64,000 bases of DNA, taken from sequence record MH791411.1; one strand, 5' to 3'. Position 1 is the stretch's first letter, and every line of letters begins with the position of its first letter. Of this stretch, positions 30,329 to 39,423 are shown one piece after another. A program made the position numbers and the translations under genes. The notes under the pieces were generated by a model. It saw nothing but the letters and a program-made list of their open reading frames with translations. It searched no databases and was not told the DNA's origin.

Positions 30329-30878
30329 AACTATATCCTTGCATTAAAAGATCATAAGCAATATCAACTAATTCTAAACGAATGAAAAATTTTAAATTAT
30401 CTTTCAATGGATTCAAATGCATTGTACTAAACAACATAAGATACTTCATTTGATTTGTATTGTATATTAGGGATGTCTGAAATACTTCTGCTTCATTGTA
30501 AGGATCAATGAATTTTATACCTTCTTCACTATAATCCGTTTTGGAATTCTGATATATAAAATAATCATCACCATAATTGTACCACAAATAACCTTCAAAA
30601 CTGGAATCAAATTCTGAATTTTCATTTCGCATTAAAGGTGATACTGAAATTGGATTTGAACCAACTGTTGCACAAACCTCAATGAAAGCATCTTCATTTC
30701 CCTTAACTTCTTCTTTGATTTTATCATTGTACTGTCCTGCAAAACCAGCTTTTACTTCCAAATATAAACTACTCCCAACTTTATTAATTCTTAAAAGGGA
30801 ACTCTGTACTGTATTCGCATTGTCCAGCACTAACGATATTGTGCAAATCTTATGTACCAATAACTCAATATCATTCAT
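30318..30878 (-). CDS. Family A paralogue
   Basis: EAEVFQTSLIY. Confidence 0.8.
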   Translation of the reverse strand: MNDIELLVHKICTISLVLDNANTVQSSLLRINKVGSSLYLEVKAGFAGQYNDKIKEEVKGNEDAFIEVCATVGSNPISVSPLMRNENSEFDSSFEGYLWYNYGDDYFIYQNSKTDYSEEGIKFIDPYNEAEVFQTSLIYNTNQMKYLMLFSTMHLNPLKDNLKFFIRLELVDIAYDLLMQGYSYEV

Positions 30879-30889
30879 ATTGGTATTCC

Positions 30890-31072
30890 TTAATTTGGTG
30901 GATTTGGATGTAATAACTGATCTATATAATTTAAATGTTCTATTGTAACTAATGAAAGATAATAATTGTAATTATCTATACCACCCTTTAAATGTATATT
31001 GTAATACATCTTGATACTTACTAATAAAGAATCATTTAAATCATTTATTGCTTTTGTATTAACGGTTTTCAT
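30890..31072 (-). CDS. Small hypothetical protein
   Basis: 60 aa ORF. Confidence 0.55.
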   Translation of the reverse strand: MKTVNTKAINDLNDSLLVSIKMYYNIHLKGGIDNYNYYLSLVTIEHLNYIDQLLHPNPPN

Positions 31073-31211
31073 TAATGTTCTTCTCTTAAAAAACGCTTAA
31101 TGGCACAATCTAAATAAAAATCATAATACATCATATCTCTATTCTTAACCCATACACAATAATCTGCATTAATATTTCTTAATAATATATTCATATTATA
31201 ATCTTCACACC

Positions 31212-31622
31212 CTAATCGTGCCATTTAATAGGATACTCCGTTCCATTTATTGTATAAGATATAATCCATCCGTAATGAATAGGATGATTTTTGTCTGAAA
31301 CAGGAATAAAATATAAAGATGTACTGGGGTTATAACTGAATAAATCGTTGTTACCAATTGTAAAATGTGATAACTCAATCTTCCTTGTACCTGTACTTGG
31401 ACGAAGAACATTCTTAACACCGAAGACTGTACCTTGATATTTCTCGGAAAATTCAAACAATGCATCTGCAATTAAATCACGAAACTCCGCATGTATGGTT
31501 TCAAAAAAATCTATATTACACGATGTTTTAATATCCTTGAACTCCTTATATAAAGAGCTTCTTGTATTCAAAAGAAATATTACTTTTTTAAGATCCTGAA
31601 CTATTTCTGGATTCATATTCAT
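31212..31622 (-). CDS. Hypothetical protein
   Basis: 136 aa ORF. Confidence 0.75.
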   Translation of the reverse strand: MNMNPEIVQDLKKVIFLLNTRSSLYKEFKDIKTSCNIDFFETIHAEFRDLIADALFEFSEKYQGTVFGVKNVLRPSTGTRKIELSHFTIGNNDLFSYNPSTSLYFIPVSDKNHPIHYGWIISYTINGTEYPIKWHD

Positions 31623-31872
31623 TTATCTCATTCTGTAACTTAAGCATCAAAATTTGCATATTAATTTTTTGTACAAGATGATTGAGAAATTTCTGTACTG
31701 TATCTTCTTGTTCTTTTGTACCAAGATAAAATAACATATTAAATTCAGATAATCTCAGAGCGAAATCTTCCTCTCCCCCTCGTAAACAAAAATCCCTGTA
31801 CTTTGAAGCATACAAATAAGCATCTATCTTTTTATACCTTTGGGTCTGCATTGTATCTCCTTTTTCATGCAC
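31588..31872 (-). CDS. Family B paralogue
   Basis: YLGTKEQE. Confidence 0.75.
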   Translation of the reverse strand: MHEKGDTMQTQRYKKIDAYLYASKYRDFCLRGGEEDFALRLSEFNMLFYLGTKEQEDTVQKFLNHLVQKINMQILMLKLQNEINEYESRNSSGS

Positions 31873-32036
31873 CTTATTAGATTATCAACGTATTGATCCT
31901 GTACTATTGTCCCTAGATAAAATGATACTTCGAACTCTGATAATTTTATATTGAAAGGATCTACATATACATCTTTAATAAACTCTTTGTACTTCAACAT
32001 ATATGCATTAGGTATATTCTTATATATCGATTTCAA
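31824..32036 (-). CDS. Family B paralogue
   Basis: YLGTIVQD. Confidence 0.75.
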   Translation of the reverse strand: MKSIYKNIPNAYMLKYKEFIKDVYVDPFNIKLSEFEVSFYLGTIVQDQYVDNLIRCMKKEIQCRPKGIKR

Positions 32037-32331
32037 TGATCCTCCCTGACATACCTTGTATTAGCTTATCATACATATCGAGCATCACTTTTTGAATACT
32101 AATTAATACTGGCATCGTGCAAATATCAATGTCGTATATTAAGCTGTACTGGAATAATTCCTCTTCCTGCATGTGTACTAAATTAGGTAAAAGATAATTG
32201 TCTGCCTCTTCATCCTGGTACTTGAAATGCATAACACCATCCTTTTTGTACAAAAGAATGTCAATATCACCTAACTCTTCTGCATAACCAAAAATACATA
32301 TACTCGATGTTTTTGCTATATTAAATTTCAT
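32020..32331 (-). CDS. Family A paralogue (short type)
   Basis: EEELFQYSLIY. Confidence 0.8.
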   Translation of the reverse strand: MKFNIAKTSSICIFGYAEELGDIDILLYKKDGVMHFKYQDEEADNYLLPNLVHMQEEELFQYSLIYDIDICTMPVLISIQKVMLDMYDKLIQGMSGRIIEIDI

Positions 32332-32340
32332 ATTCTTCTC

Positions 32341-32691
32341 TTATATGTAGAATTCACATACGCGTTGAACAAAATTCTTTGGAAGATGACAATGTGCAAT
32401 CATCTGCTTTTGTACTTCCTTCATGTCTTCGAATGTAAATCCTAAAGAATCATCATGTACTAACAAGTACTGAAACTCTTCTTCTTCAGAGATAGAACAT
32501 AAATTCGGTACTGAAATTGTTTTTGCTTTTCTTGCACCCAATTTCCAATGAAAAGAATTATTGCATTTTCTGTACTCAAATATCTTCAACCCAGAACCTG
32601 TATTAAAATCAGCTACTACAATGTAACATGAATTCTTACGTACAATACAATTGAACTTACGCATTATCTCCACCTCTCTCCGTCTGTACAA
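32341..32691 (-). CDS. Family A paralogue (short type)
   Basis: EEEEFQYLLV. Confidence 0.8.
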   Translation of the reverse strand: MYRRREVEIMRKFNCIVRKNSCYIVVADFNTGSGLKIFEYRKCNNSFHWKLGARKAKTISVPNLCSISEEEEFQYLLVHDDSLGFTFEDMKEVQKQMIAHCHLPKNFVQRVCEFYI

Positions 32692-32909
32692 GAGTACTGG
32701 TACGTTGTCGTTAGGGTAGGGACCATGTTGGTAATGGGCATATTATTAACAATAACGGTAACAGGCATAAGTATCGTCTCTACTCTACTCTGTCCTGTCC
32801 TTGTGCAATTCATCTTTTGCATTTCATCGGACTCCATGAAATACAATACAAATGGTGCAATCCCAAGAACAATACACAAGACGATAAGGAAATTTAAAAA
32901 ATTCAACAT
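32664..32909 (-). CDS. Small membrane-anchored protein
   Basis: Hydrophobic N-terminus FLNFLIVLCIVLGIAPFVLYF; Cys pair in soluble part; promoter TTGACA-17-TATAGT at 32964-69/32941-46. Confidence 0.7.
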   Translation of the reverse strand: MLNFLNFLIVLCIVLGIAPFVLYFMESDEMQKMNCTRTGQSRVETILMPVTVIVNNMPITNMVPTLTTTYQYSCTDGERWR

Positions 32910-32970
32910 AATTTTCTACCCTAATGATTAACGTACAGGTACTATATCAGTAATGAAAAGTACTGTCAAG

Positions 32971-33345
32971 CTAGTATTGCACTGTTCTAATGAAAGTACC
33001 TTTACTCATGGATTTAAGCTTATGAACCTCTTCCTGTATACCCTTGATTAACCCTAAAGGTATAGGTACATCATGTACTAAGCTGTACTGAAAGTATTCT
33101 TCTTCAGATAAAGTACTAACATCTGGAATACCAATTTTAGTTATATAATCTTGATGTGTTGACCAATAAATTATATCTTCAGTACTATTGTACTCCCCAT
33201 ATACTGAACAATATTGATGAATATCTTTCATGTATCCTTGAGCAATAAAGAACTTATCTACTGCATTACCAGCATTAATAGAATTCACTTCGATTGTCAC
33301 AGTACTTGAGCTTGTTTTTCCTTTACTATGCATATTAATCCCCAA
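32971..33345 (-). CDS. Family A paralogue (short type)
   Basis: EEEYFQYSLV. Confidence 0.8.
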   Translation of the reverse strand: MGINMHSKGKTSSSTVTIEVNSINAGNAVDKFFIAQGYMKDIHQYCSVYGEYNSTEDIIYWSTHQDYITKIGIPDVSTLSEEEYFQYSLVHDVPIPLGLIKGIQEEVHKLKSMSKGTFIRTVQY

Positions 33346-33521
33346 ATTAGATATCGAACACTATCAGCTTGATAGTTAGTTCCTACTGTGTGTTTTAATA
33401 TTAACTCATCTTTCAGTACTGAACATTCTGCATTAGATATAGGAAGAGAATTAATTCTTTGAATTTCTGGTCGCAAAATACCGCGAAGCTTGCGGTAATC
33501 TTCGTATGATAATATTTTCAT
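33297..33521 (-). CDS. Family B paralogue
   Basis: TVGTNYQA. Confidence 0.8.
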   Translation of the reverse strand: MKILSYEDYRKLRGILRPEIQRINSLPISNAECSVLKDELILKHTVGTNYQADSVRYLIWGLICIVKEKQAQVL

Positions 33522-33524
33522 TGT

Positions 33525-33866
33525 TTAGTACTCAACGATGTGTTCTTCATAACCATTAAACTCCGGTTTAGTTTCTTTCATTAGGACTACCATTTTATGT
33601 ACTAATGGCATAGGAAATTCTAAATCCCATACTAATGATTCTTGAAAGTATTCTTCTTCAGATAAAGTACTTAAATCTTTAATATCAACGTGCTTGTATA
33701 TTTTATTTTCGTAATTAAGAAATGATATATATAAATCATTAACATCAGAATCATAAGTAATTGTGAATGGCTTACCCTTGTAGTCCATTACATCTTTACA
33801 TAGACTGCATTTGATATATGTATGTTCTTCTGAACTGTATACATTGAGTTGTATATTAGTTTTCAT
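33525..33866 (-). CDS. Family A paralogue (short type)
   Basis: EEEYFQESLVW. Confidence 0.8.
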   Translation of the reverse strand: MKTNIQLNVYSSEEHTYIKCSLCKDVMDYKGKPFTITYDSDVNDLYISFLNYENKIYKHVDIKDLSTLSEEEYFQESLVWDLEFPMPLVHKMVVLMKETKPEFNGYEEHIVEY

Positions 33867-34140
33867 ATTTCTCTTTATTAGCTTGTTTAGATTGTGTGGT
33901 TTTATAGTGAATTAAATCTATTAATGTAATCAAGTACAACGTCAAATAGTACTCTTGTTGATCTGTACCTAATGATACAAAGAACTTGTGCTCATAGATT
34001 AAAACCTGTTTCTCATAACAAGAACACTTAATCCTATGTATAGGTTTCAGTAAATGTGAGTACTTATTAAATCTCATACCCATTTCTATTTCAGATAGTA
34101 CTTTCATATTAAACATGTACTCCATTAGCTGTAGCATCAC
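33856..34140 (-). CDS. Family B paralogue
   Basis: SLGTDQQE. Confidence 0.8.
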   Translation of the reverse strand: MMLQLMEYMFNMKVLSEIEMGMRFNKYSHLLKPIHRIKCSCYEKQVLIYEHKFFVSLGTDQQEYYLTLYLITLIDLIHYKTTQSKQANKEKYEN

Positions 34141-34330
34141 GTAAAGCTCTCAAATACTTCTGTACTGCTTGCTCTTGATGATCTGTACCTAAAAGTATAT
34201 ACATCCATAATTCACTGTAATGTACATCTTGTGTATAAGGGTTGTTGTAACTTTTTGATAATATAGCATCAAATTCAGATGCATGAACCCTTGCGAACTT
34301 AAGCATATCTTGTTGTGTTATGATTCTCAT
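34109..34330 (-). CDS. Family B paralogue
   Basis: LLGTDHQE. Confidence 0.8.
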   Translation of the reverse strand: MRIITQQDMLKFARVHASEFDAILSKSYNNPYTQDVHYSELWMYILLGTDHQEQAVQKYLRALRDATANGVHV

Positions 34331-34542
34331 ATCTTTTCCTGTACTATCTGCATAAGAATCTCTATGTGTGAATTAACAGTTCTCTCTTGATGCTGTGTTC
34401 CTAAGAGTGTCAGTACTATCATATCTGAACGCAAAAGATTTTTTTCAAGTTCACTTATATCAGTTCTTGAATCAAGTGCCATATATTTGTGATTATTCTT
34501 CCTGAATAGTGCCAAGTACTCTTGATTTGATATTTCCTTCAT
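34327..34542 (-). CDS. Family B paralogue
   Basis: LLGTQHQE. Confidence 0.8.
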   Translation of the reverse strand: MKEISNQEYLALFRKNNHKYMALDSRTDISELEKNLLRSDMIVLTLLGTQHQERTVNSHIEILMQIVQEKI

Positions 34543-34778
34543 AGTTTATCCCTGATGCCATTTAAAAGTGCTCTAATATGCTCCTGTACGAATTTGTACT
34601 GACTGTCTGTTCCTAGAGTGAGTAGTAATCTTAAATCTGAACTTTTGATATGATATTCTAAATCATTATTTGATTCTTGCATCAGTTTCTTAAAGGATGA
34701 GAAGTTTGCAGCCATTAGTTCAATGTATTCTGCTGTTCCTAGGGGTTTGTGTATTGGCTGTTTGTGCTGTCTGTGCAT
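34539..34778 (-). CDS. Family B paralogue
   Basis: TLGTDSQY. Confidence 0.8.
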   Translation of the reverse strand: MHRQHKQPIHKPLGTAEYIELMAANFSSFKKLMQESNNDLEYHIKSSDLRLLLTLGTDSQYKFVQEHIRALLNGIRDKL

Positions 34779-34990
34779 TTTAATTTTATTACCCTTTTGA
34801 GTGTATTAATGTAATTATACACATTGGCTTCTTGATAGTTTGTTCCTAGAGTAGCTTGAACGTAGATTTCATTTAACTTAATAATTTTATCAGTATCTGG
34901 AAGTTTTGATGTGTTAATGGCAAATAACTTCGAAAACAGTCCATTTATGATTGTTAGGTATTCTTCGTCGGTAATGATTCGCATTTGCAT
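34739..34990 (-). CDS. Family B paralogue
   Basis: TLGTNYQE. Confidence 0.8.
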   Translation of the reverse strand: MQMRIITDEEYLTIINGLFSKLFAINTSKLPDTDKIIKLNEIYVQATLGTNYQEANVYNYINTLKRVIKLKCTDSTNSQYTNP

Positions 34991-35196
34991 TGGATAAACC
35001 TTTTTAGTTCTTTGATGTAATCATTAATATTACATTCTTGATAGTTAGTCCCTAGGGTAGAATTAACATAGATTTCACTCATTAGAATATTTTTTTCTTC
35101 ATCAGGTAAATCTGTGGTCTTTGCTATATACAATTTTAGAATTAAACTACTTAATAGTTCGTGGTATTCACTTGGTGAAAGGATTTTCATTTGCAT
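34954..35196 (-). CDS. Family B paralogue
   Basis: TLGTNYQE. Confidence 0.8.
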   Translation of the reverse strand: MQMKILSPSEYHELLSSLILKLYIAKTTDLPDEEKNILMSEIYVNSTLGTNYQECNINDYIKELKRFIQCKCESLPTKNT

Positions 35197-35402
35197 GTTC
35201 TCAGTACAGATTCTTTAAGTTCATCGATGTAGTCCTCAACGAATTGCTCTTGGAAGTTAGTTCCAACATATAAAAGAACTCTTAAATCTGCTCTAAGTAA
35301 CTCTTTTTCATCCTCATCTATATCAGACAATGTTATGTTTAAGAATTTACTTGTATTAAAGATTAACAATTCTGTTTGTTCACTGTGGCTTAAAATTTTC
35401 AT
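35187..35402 (-). CDS. Family B paralogue
   Basis: YVGTNFQE. Confidence 0.8.
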   Translation of the reverse strand: MKILSHSEQTELLIFNTSKFLNITLSDIDEDEKELLRADLRVLLYVGTNFQEQFVEDYIDELKESVLRTCK

Positions 35403-35610
35403 AATCTCTTTTTGCTTTCCTCGACAGTAGGTACAAATACGATTCTTCGTATTGTGCTTGGAAGTTTGTGTTTAAGAGTCGAAACAACTTCTGTTCTGCT
35501 AGAACGAGTTGCTTATCTTCATAACAACGGTAGCGTATCAACTTTTTGTATTCGATGTTGATTACATCCATTACTATAAGCCCATGTTCATCATCTGTCA
35601 AGTGCTTCAT
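35380..35610 (-). CDS. Family B paralogue
   Basis: LLNTNFQA. Confidence 0.8.
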   Translation of the reverse strand: MKHLTDDEHGLIVMDVINIEYKKLIRYRCYEDKQLVLAEQKLFRLLNTNFQAQYEESYLYLLSRKAKRDYENFKPQ

Positions 35611-35848
35611 GCTTTTTTCTTTTCCTGATGTGTTTAGTTAAAAGGTATATTAGTTTTCTGATGTATTCTTCTTGATAGTTTGTTCCTAGGAGTGCCAGAA
35701 GTTTTGCTTCAACTAAAGCTAATTGACGTTCTTCAAATGTGTGTTCCAGTATGTACTTTGGGTTTGATTTTTTAGATATTGCACTATTAGTTTTCATTAC
35801 AATCTTATGATATTCATTAACTGTTAGGATTTTTAAATTCTTGAGCAT
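35591..35848 (-). CDS. Family B paralogue
   Basis: LLGTNYQE. Confidence 0.8.
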   Translation of the reverse strand: MLKNLKILTVNEYHKIVMKTNSAISKKSNPKYILEHTFEERQLALVEAKLLALLGTNYQEEYIRKLIYLLTKHIRKRKKHEALDR

Positions 35849-36074
35849 GTACCTTTTCCTTTATAGAGAATTTAAGATATCGAAGCATACTTTCAATGTA
35901 ATACTCTTGTCTGTCAGTGCCAAGAAAGTACATGAGTTGAATGTATAAAACTTCTGCACTCCTTTCGGCATGTGACTTGTTTGTGTCGTTTGGAAGTTGA
36001 TTTGTAAGTTTTCTGGATTTAATTAGTCGTTCTTTTAACTCATCGTCTGTTAAGTATTTCATTTCATTTTGCAT
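35817..36074 (-). CDS. Family B paralogue
   Basis: FLGTDRQE. Confidence 0.8.
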   Translation of the reverse strand: MQNEMKYLTDDELKERLIKSRKLTNQLPNDTNKSHAERSAEVLYIQLMYFLGTDRQEYYIESMLRYLKFSIKEKVHAQEFKNPNS

Positions 36075-36294
36075 TTACTTTTTCCTTAATACTCATTACA
36101 AGATGTTCAATCATATTTTGAACCATAAATTCTTGTTTATCAGTTCCAAGAACGTATGGTAGCTTCTGAAACAATACATTCGCAGACATTTCATATATTG
36201 ATTGATTTGGAACGAACTTAAGAGTAATGTTATTGGCTTTTAACATCTTCTCTTGAAATTCTTCATTCGTTAAGTATATCATTTCACTTTGCAT
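36064..36294 (-). CDS. Family B paralogue
   Basis: VLGTDKQE. Confidence 0.8.
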   Translation of the reverse strand: MQSEMIYLTNEEFQEKMLKANNITLKFVPNQSIYEMSANVLFQKLPYVLGTDKQEFMVQNMIEHLVMSIKEKVNAK

Positions 36295-36520
36295 TTACTT
36301 TTTCCATAATAGTAATTTTGAGATATTTAATTATACGTTCAATGTGATACTCTTGCCTATCAGTTCCAAGAATGTATGGTAATCTTTGGAATAAAACTTC
36401 TGCACTCCTTTCCGCTGGGGTTTGGTTTGGGTTGTGTGGAAGATATTTTGTAAGTTTTTTGGATTTATCTAGTCTTTCTGTTAACTCATCATGTGTTAAG
36501 TATATCATTTCATTTTGCAT
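36284..36520 (-). CDS. Family B paralogue
   Basis: ILGTDRQE. Confidence 0.8.
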   Translation of the reverse strand: MQNEMIYLTHDELTERLDKSKKLTKYLPHNPNQTPAERSAEVLFQRLPYILGTDRQEYHIERIIKYLKITIMEKVNAK

Positions 36521-36756
36521 TTAATGTTCCTTACGTAAATTGTCTGGATTAAACAATCAATCCAAGTTTGAATATATTGGTTTTGATACTGTGTGCCTAA
36601 GAGACTCTGCATTTTAAACTCTGCTTCAAGTTCATATCTCTTTTCTATAGAAAAGCTCAAATGACCATATTCTTTATCGTATCTTCTCAGTGCTTCCCCA
36701 ATTCTATCAAATCTTTCTGCTAATCTGATGTTATTCACAATATTCATCGCATTCAT
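36505..36756 (-). CDS. Family B paralogue
   Basis: LLGTQYQN. Confidence 0.8.
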   Translation of the reverse strand: MNAMNIVNNIRLAERFDRIGEALRRYDKEYGHLSFSIEKRYELEAEFKMQSLLGTQYQNQYIQTWIDCLIQTIYVRNIKCKMK

Positions 36757-37031
36757 CGATCAGTACACCTCAGTGGTTGGGTCATTTGATGAAAGTACAG
36801 CTTACCTCTGATTTCCAGTAGTAACTCAGCAATTAAGCGATTTACTTCTGGCTCTTGATAGTTTGTTCCTAAGAATACACCCATCTTTAACTCACGCATC
36901 ATAATCATTTTCTTACTGTGTTGAATTTCTGGGTTGTGATAGATTGTATTACGTTTGTGCGTAATTTTTGTCATACGCTCGGTATATTCATCTTTACTTA
37001 AATTGATCATTTGCATGTTCATCAACCTCAC
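36753..37031 (-). CDS. Family B paralogue
   Basis: FLGTNYQE. Confidence 0.8.
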   Translation of the reverse strand: MRLMNMQMINLSKDEYTERMTKITHKRNTIYHNPEIQHSKKMIMMRELKMGVFLGTNYQEPEVNRLIAELLLEIRGKLYFHQMTQPLRCTDR

Positions 37032-37242
37032 ATTTATTTTCGATACAAATCATGAGTTCTCTAAGATAGTTTTTTACCTTACCTGCCTGATAGTTCGTCC
37101 CCAGGAAGTTGCATAACTCTGCTTCTATCATTTTGATTCTTCTGTTATCAGGTTTCAATTTTTTGTTATTGAAGATTTGAATCCTTATATCCCTTGATGC
37201 ATTTAAACGTTTTTGATATTCATGGAAAGATAAATTAATCAT
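36994..37242 (-). CDS. Family B paralogue
   Basis: FLGTNYQA. Confidence 0.8.
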   Translation of the reverse strand: MINLSFHEYQKRLNASRDIRIQIFNNKKLKPDNRRIKMIEAELCNFLGTNYQAGKVKNYLRELMICIENKCEVDEHANDQFK

Positions 37243-37457
37243 TTACTTTGTATCTCTCTCTTGAGGGCATCAATTAACAACAGTACAGCATTCTCTTGAT
37301 AGTTTGTTCCTAAGACTGAAAGCATCTTAATCTCATTTACTACGATCAACTTCTTTGAGCGTTCAATAATGTTACTATTATAAACGGCGTTACGTGCTGG
37401 ATAAGTTTTTGCAAGACGTTCATAATATTCATCTTTACTTAAATTAATCATTTGCAT
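37239..37457 (-). CDS. Family B paralogue
   Basis: VLGTNYQE. Confidence 0.8.
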   Translation of the reverse strand: MQMINLSKDEYYERLAKTYPARNAVYNSNIIERSKKLIVVNEIKMLSVLGTNYQENAVLLLIDALKREIQSK

Positions 37458-37666
37458 TTACTTTTGACCTCCTTGACTAATGCATCAACCCACATGTCTA
37501 TATACATTTGTTGATAGTTTGTCCCTATGAGTGCCCCTGCATAGAGTTCAGCTATCAATGCATGTTTTAGGTTGGCAGGGATGCTCTTATCAGATTGAAT
37601 CTTTACTCTTCTGTTGGCACATGTTTTCAGGAGTCTGATGTATTCAAAGCCTTGTAATTTTCTCAT
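37448..37666 (-). CDS. Family B paralogue
   Basis: LIGTNYQQ. Confidence 0.8.
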   Translation of the reverse strand: MRKLQGFEYIRLLKTCANRRVKIQSDKSIPANLKHALIAELYAGALIGTNYQQMYIDMWVDALVKEVKSKCK

Positions 37667-37878
37667 TCTTTTGATATCACCTTGTTACGTAAGGCACTTA
37701 ACAATACGTCAGTGTAGATGTTTTGATAGTTTGTTCCTACGAATACACCCAACTTCATTTCAGCTATTATAACACATTTGTCCTCTTGTGCAATAGACTT
37801 GTCTAAAGAAATACTAACAACTTTCCTTCTTATAGCTTGTAACCTCCAATGATACTGAAACTCATTTAGGGTTATCAT
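37663..37878 (-). CDS. Family B paralogue
   Basis: FVGTNYQN. Confidence 0.8.
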   Translation of the reverse strand: MITLNEFQYHWRLQAIRRKVVSISLDKSIAQEDKCVIIAEMKLGVFVGTNYQNIYTDVLLSALRNKVISKE

Positions 37879-38113
37879 TCTCTCGCCTCCATATCTCGGT
37901 TCTAATGTGTTGACATTGTGCTTCGATGAACATATCTATTGATTTGGCAATTGCTTTTTTATCAGTGCCTGTCATCAGTACAAGCATCTCGGCCTCACAG
38001 TGAAGTAAACGCATGATATCATAGGGTAATATTCCAGATACCGTGTCATAGTGTTTCTGTGCCAGTGTCTGTAATAGTTTACAATACATTTTGTGATTTA
38101 GTCTTTGTCGCAT
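37862..38113 (-). CDS. Family B paralogue (divergent)
   Basis: MTGTDKKA. Confidence 0.7.
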   Translation of the reverse strand: MRQRLNHKMYCKLLQTLAQKHYDTVSGILPYDIMRLLHCEAEMLVLMTGTDKKAIAKSIDMFIEAQCQHIRTEIWRRENDNPK

Positions 38114-38370
38114 TGTCTATTCCATTCTTTTTTGGCCTTGATGGTTTTATATTGGATTTGGTTTCTTAATGCTGATAAGTATCGTTGAATGAACAGATCT
38201 TGATAGTTTGTTCCAATGAATTTCATAAGATAAAGTTCACCGTTGATAACATCCACTTCAGGTGCACCATATAAGGCATTGTTTTTTCTAAGGGCATGGA
38301 TTAAAGAGAATAGGGCAGTTTGATACTCAACTCCTGATAAAGTCTTCATGTTTTGTGAGCCAATAATCAT
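38098..38370 (-). CDS. Family B paralogue
   Basis: FIGTNYQD. Confidence 0.8.
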   Translation of the reverse strand: MIIGSQNMKTLSGVEYQTALFSLIHALRKNNALYGAPEVDVINGELYLMKFIGTNYQDLFIQRYLSALRNQIQYKTIKAKKEWNRQCDKD

Positions 38371-38590
38371 CTAGTTTATCCTGTATAACATTCATTAATT
38401 GTTCGACATATTCTGTGCAAAACTTATCTTGATATTGAGTCCCCATAAAGTACAGCAACCATAGCTCATTAACTTTAGCTCGCATTTGGTTCCATGTAAG
38501 GCTGGGGTCATCGTAGACTATCCTTGCTATAGGGGTTAGTTTACGGACTATAGTTTCATATTCATCTAGTGTTAAGTGTTTCATTTGCAT
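38327..38590 (-). CDS. Family B paralogue
   Basis: FMGTQYQD. Confidence 0.8.
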   Translation of the reverse strand: MQMKHLTLDEYETIVRKLTPIARIVYDDPSLTWNQMRAKVNELWLLYFMGTQYQDKFCTEYVEQLMNVIQDKLDDYWLTKHEDFIRS

Positions 38591-38799
38591 TTGTCCCTTA
38601 TTAAATCAGTGAGGGCAACTATGTGTGCAACAACATACTCTTCCTGAAAGTTCGTCCCCAGTACAGCCATCATGCGTATATCGGTGGTGTTTATTCTGTG
38701 TTCCCTTACACATAAACCTTCTGTGTGAGGAAGTGTAAAATATTTGTTTATTGCAGCAACGATAATTTTATTCTTCTCGTAATTACTTAAATGTTTCAT
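38581..38799 (-). CDS. Family B paralogue
   Basis: VLGTNFQE. Confidence 0.8.
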   Translation of the reverse strand: MKHLSNYEKNKIIVAAINKYFTLPHTEGLCVREHRINTTDIRMMAVLGTNFQEEYVVAHIVALTDLIRDKCK

Positions 38800-39008
38800 A
38801 GTTTGCTCTTAATGTATTTCTGGAGTGCAATTATATACTCATTCAAGAAGTGCTCCTGATAATCTGTGCCGAGGAATGCACCCAATAGTATATCATTTTC
38901 CAATACTAATGCTAAGTTTAAATCATCAGTCTCTTCATATACTATGAGAATTTCAAGTTGTCTGGCAGCGACGCGTTCGGTATATAGATTTGAGTTAATG
39001 CTATTCAT
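38796..39008 (-). CDS. Family B paralogue
   Basis: FLGTDYQE. Confidence 0.8.
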   Translation of the reverse strand: MNSINSNLYTERVAARQLEILIVYEETDDLNLALVLENDILLGAFLGTDYQEHFLNEYIIALQKYIKSKL

Positions 39009-39217
39009 AGTTTACTCTTAATGTAATTCTGGAGTGCAATTAAGTATTCCCCTACATAATACACCTGAAAGTCTGTATCCAAAAATGCACCCATAAGTAA
39101 ATCTTTTTCTAATACCCTTGATAAGTTAAGGTCTGCATTTGAATTGTATATAATTAAGATTTTATTCTGGACAGAAACAAAACGTATCTTATATTCTTCT
39201 GGTGTTAAAAAAATCAT
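39005..39217 (-). CDS. Family B paralogue
   Basis: FLDTDFQV. Confidence 0.8.
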   Translation of the reverse strand: MIFLTPEEYKIRFVSVQNKILIIYNSNADLNLSRVLEKDLLMGAFLDTDFQVYYVGEYLIALQNYIKSKL

Positions 39218-39423
39218 AGTTTACTCTTAATATCTTCTATTAAAAAATGAATCCAATCATCAACATACTCTTCCTGATGGTTTGTGTTCAGTACAGCCAA
39301 CATGCGGATCTCTGCTCTTGCAACTTGGATTTCAGTTTTAGAAAGGTCTTTGCTGATATCAAACATTAAGTCCATGTATTTCAAGATAAGACCGAATGAT
39401 TGGGTTCGTGTTATAGTTTTCAT
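39214..39423 (-). CDS. Family B paralogue
   Basis: VLNTNHQE. Confidence 0.8.
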   Translation of the reverse strand: MKTITRTQSFGLILKYMDLMFDISKDLSKTEIQVARAEIRMLAVLNTNHQEEYVDDWIHFLIEDIKSKL

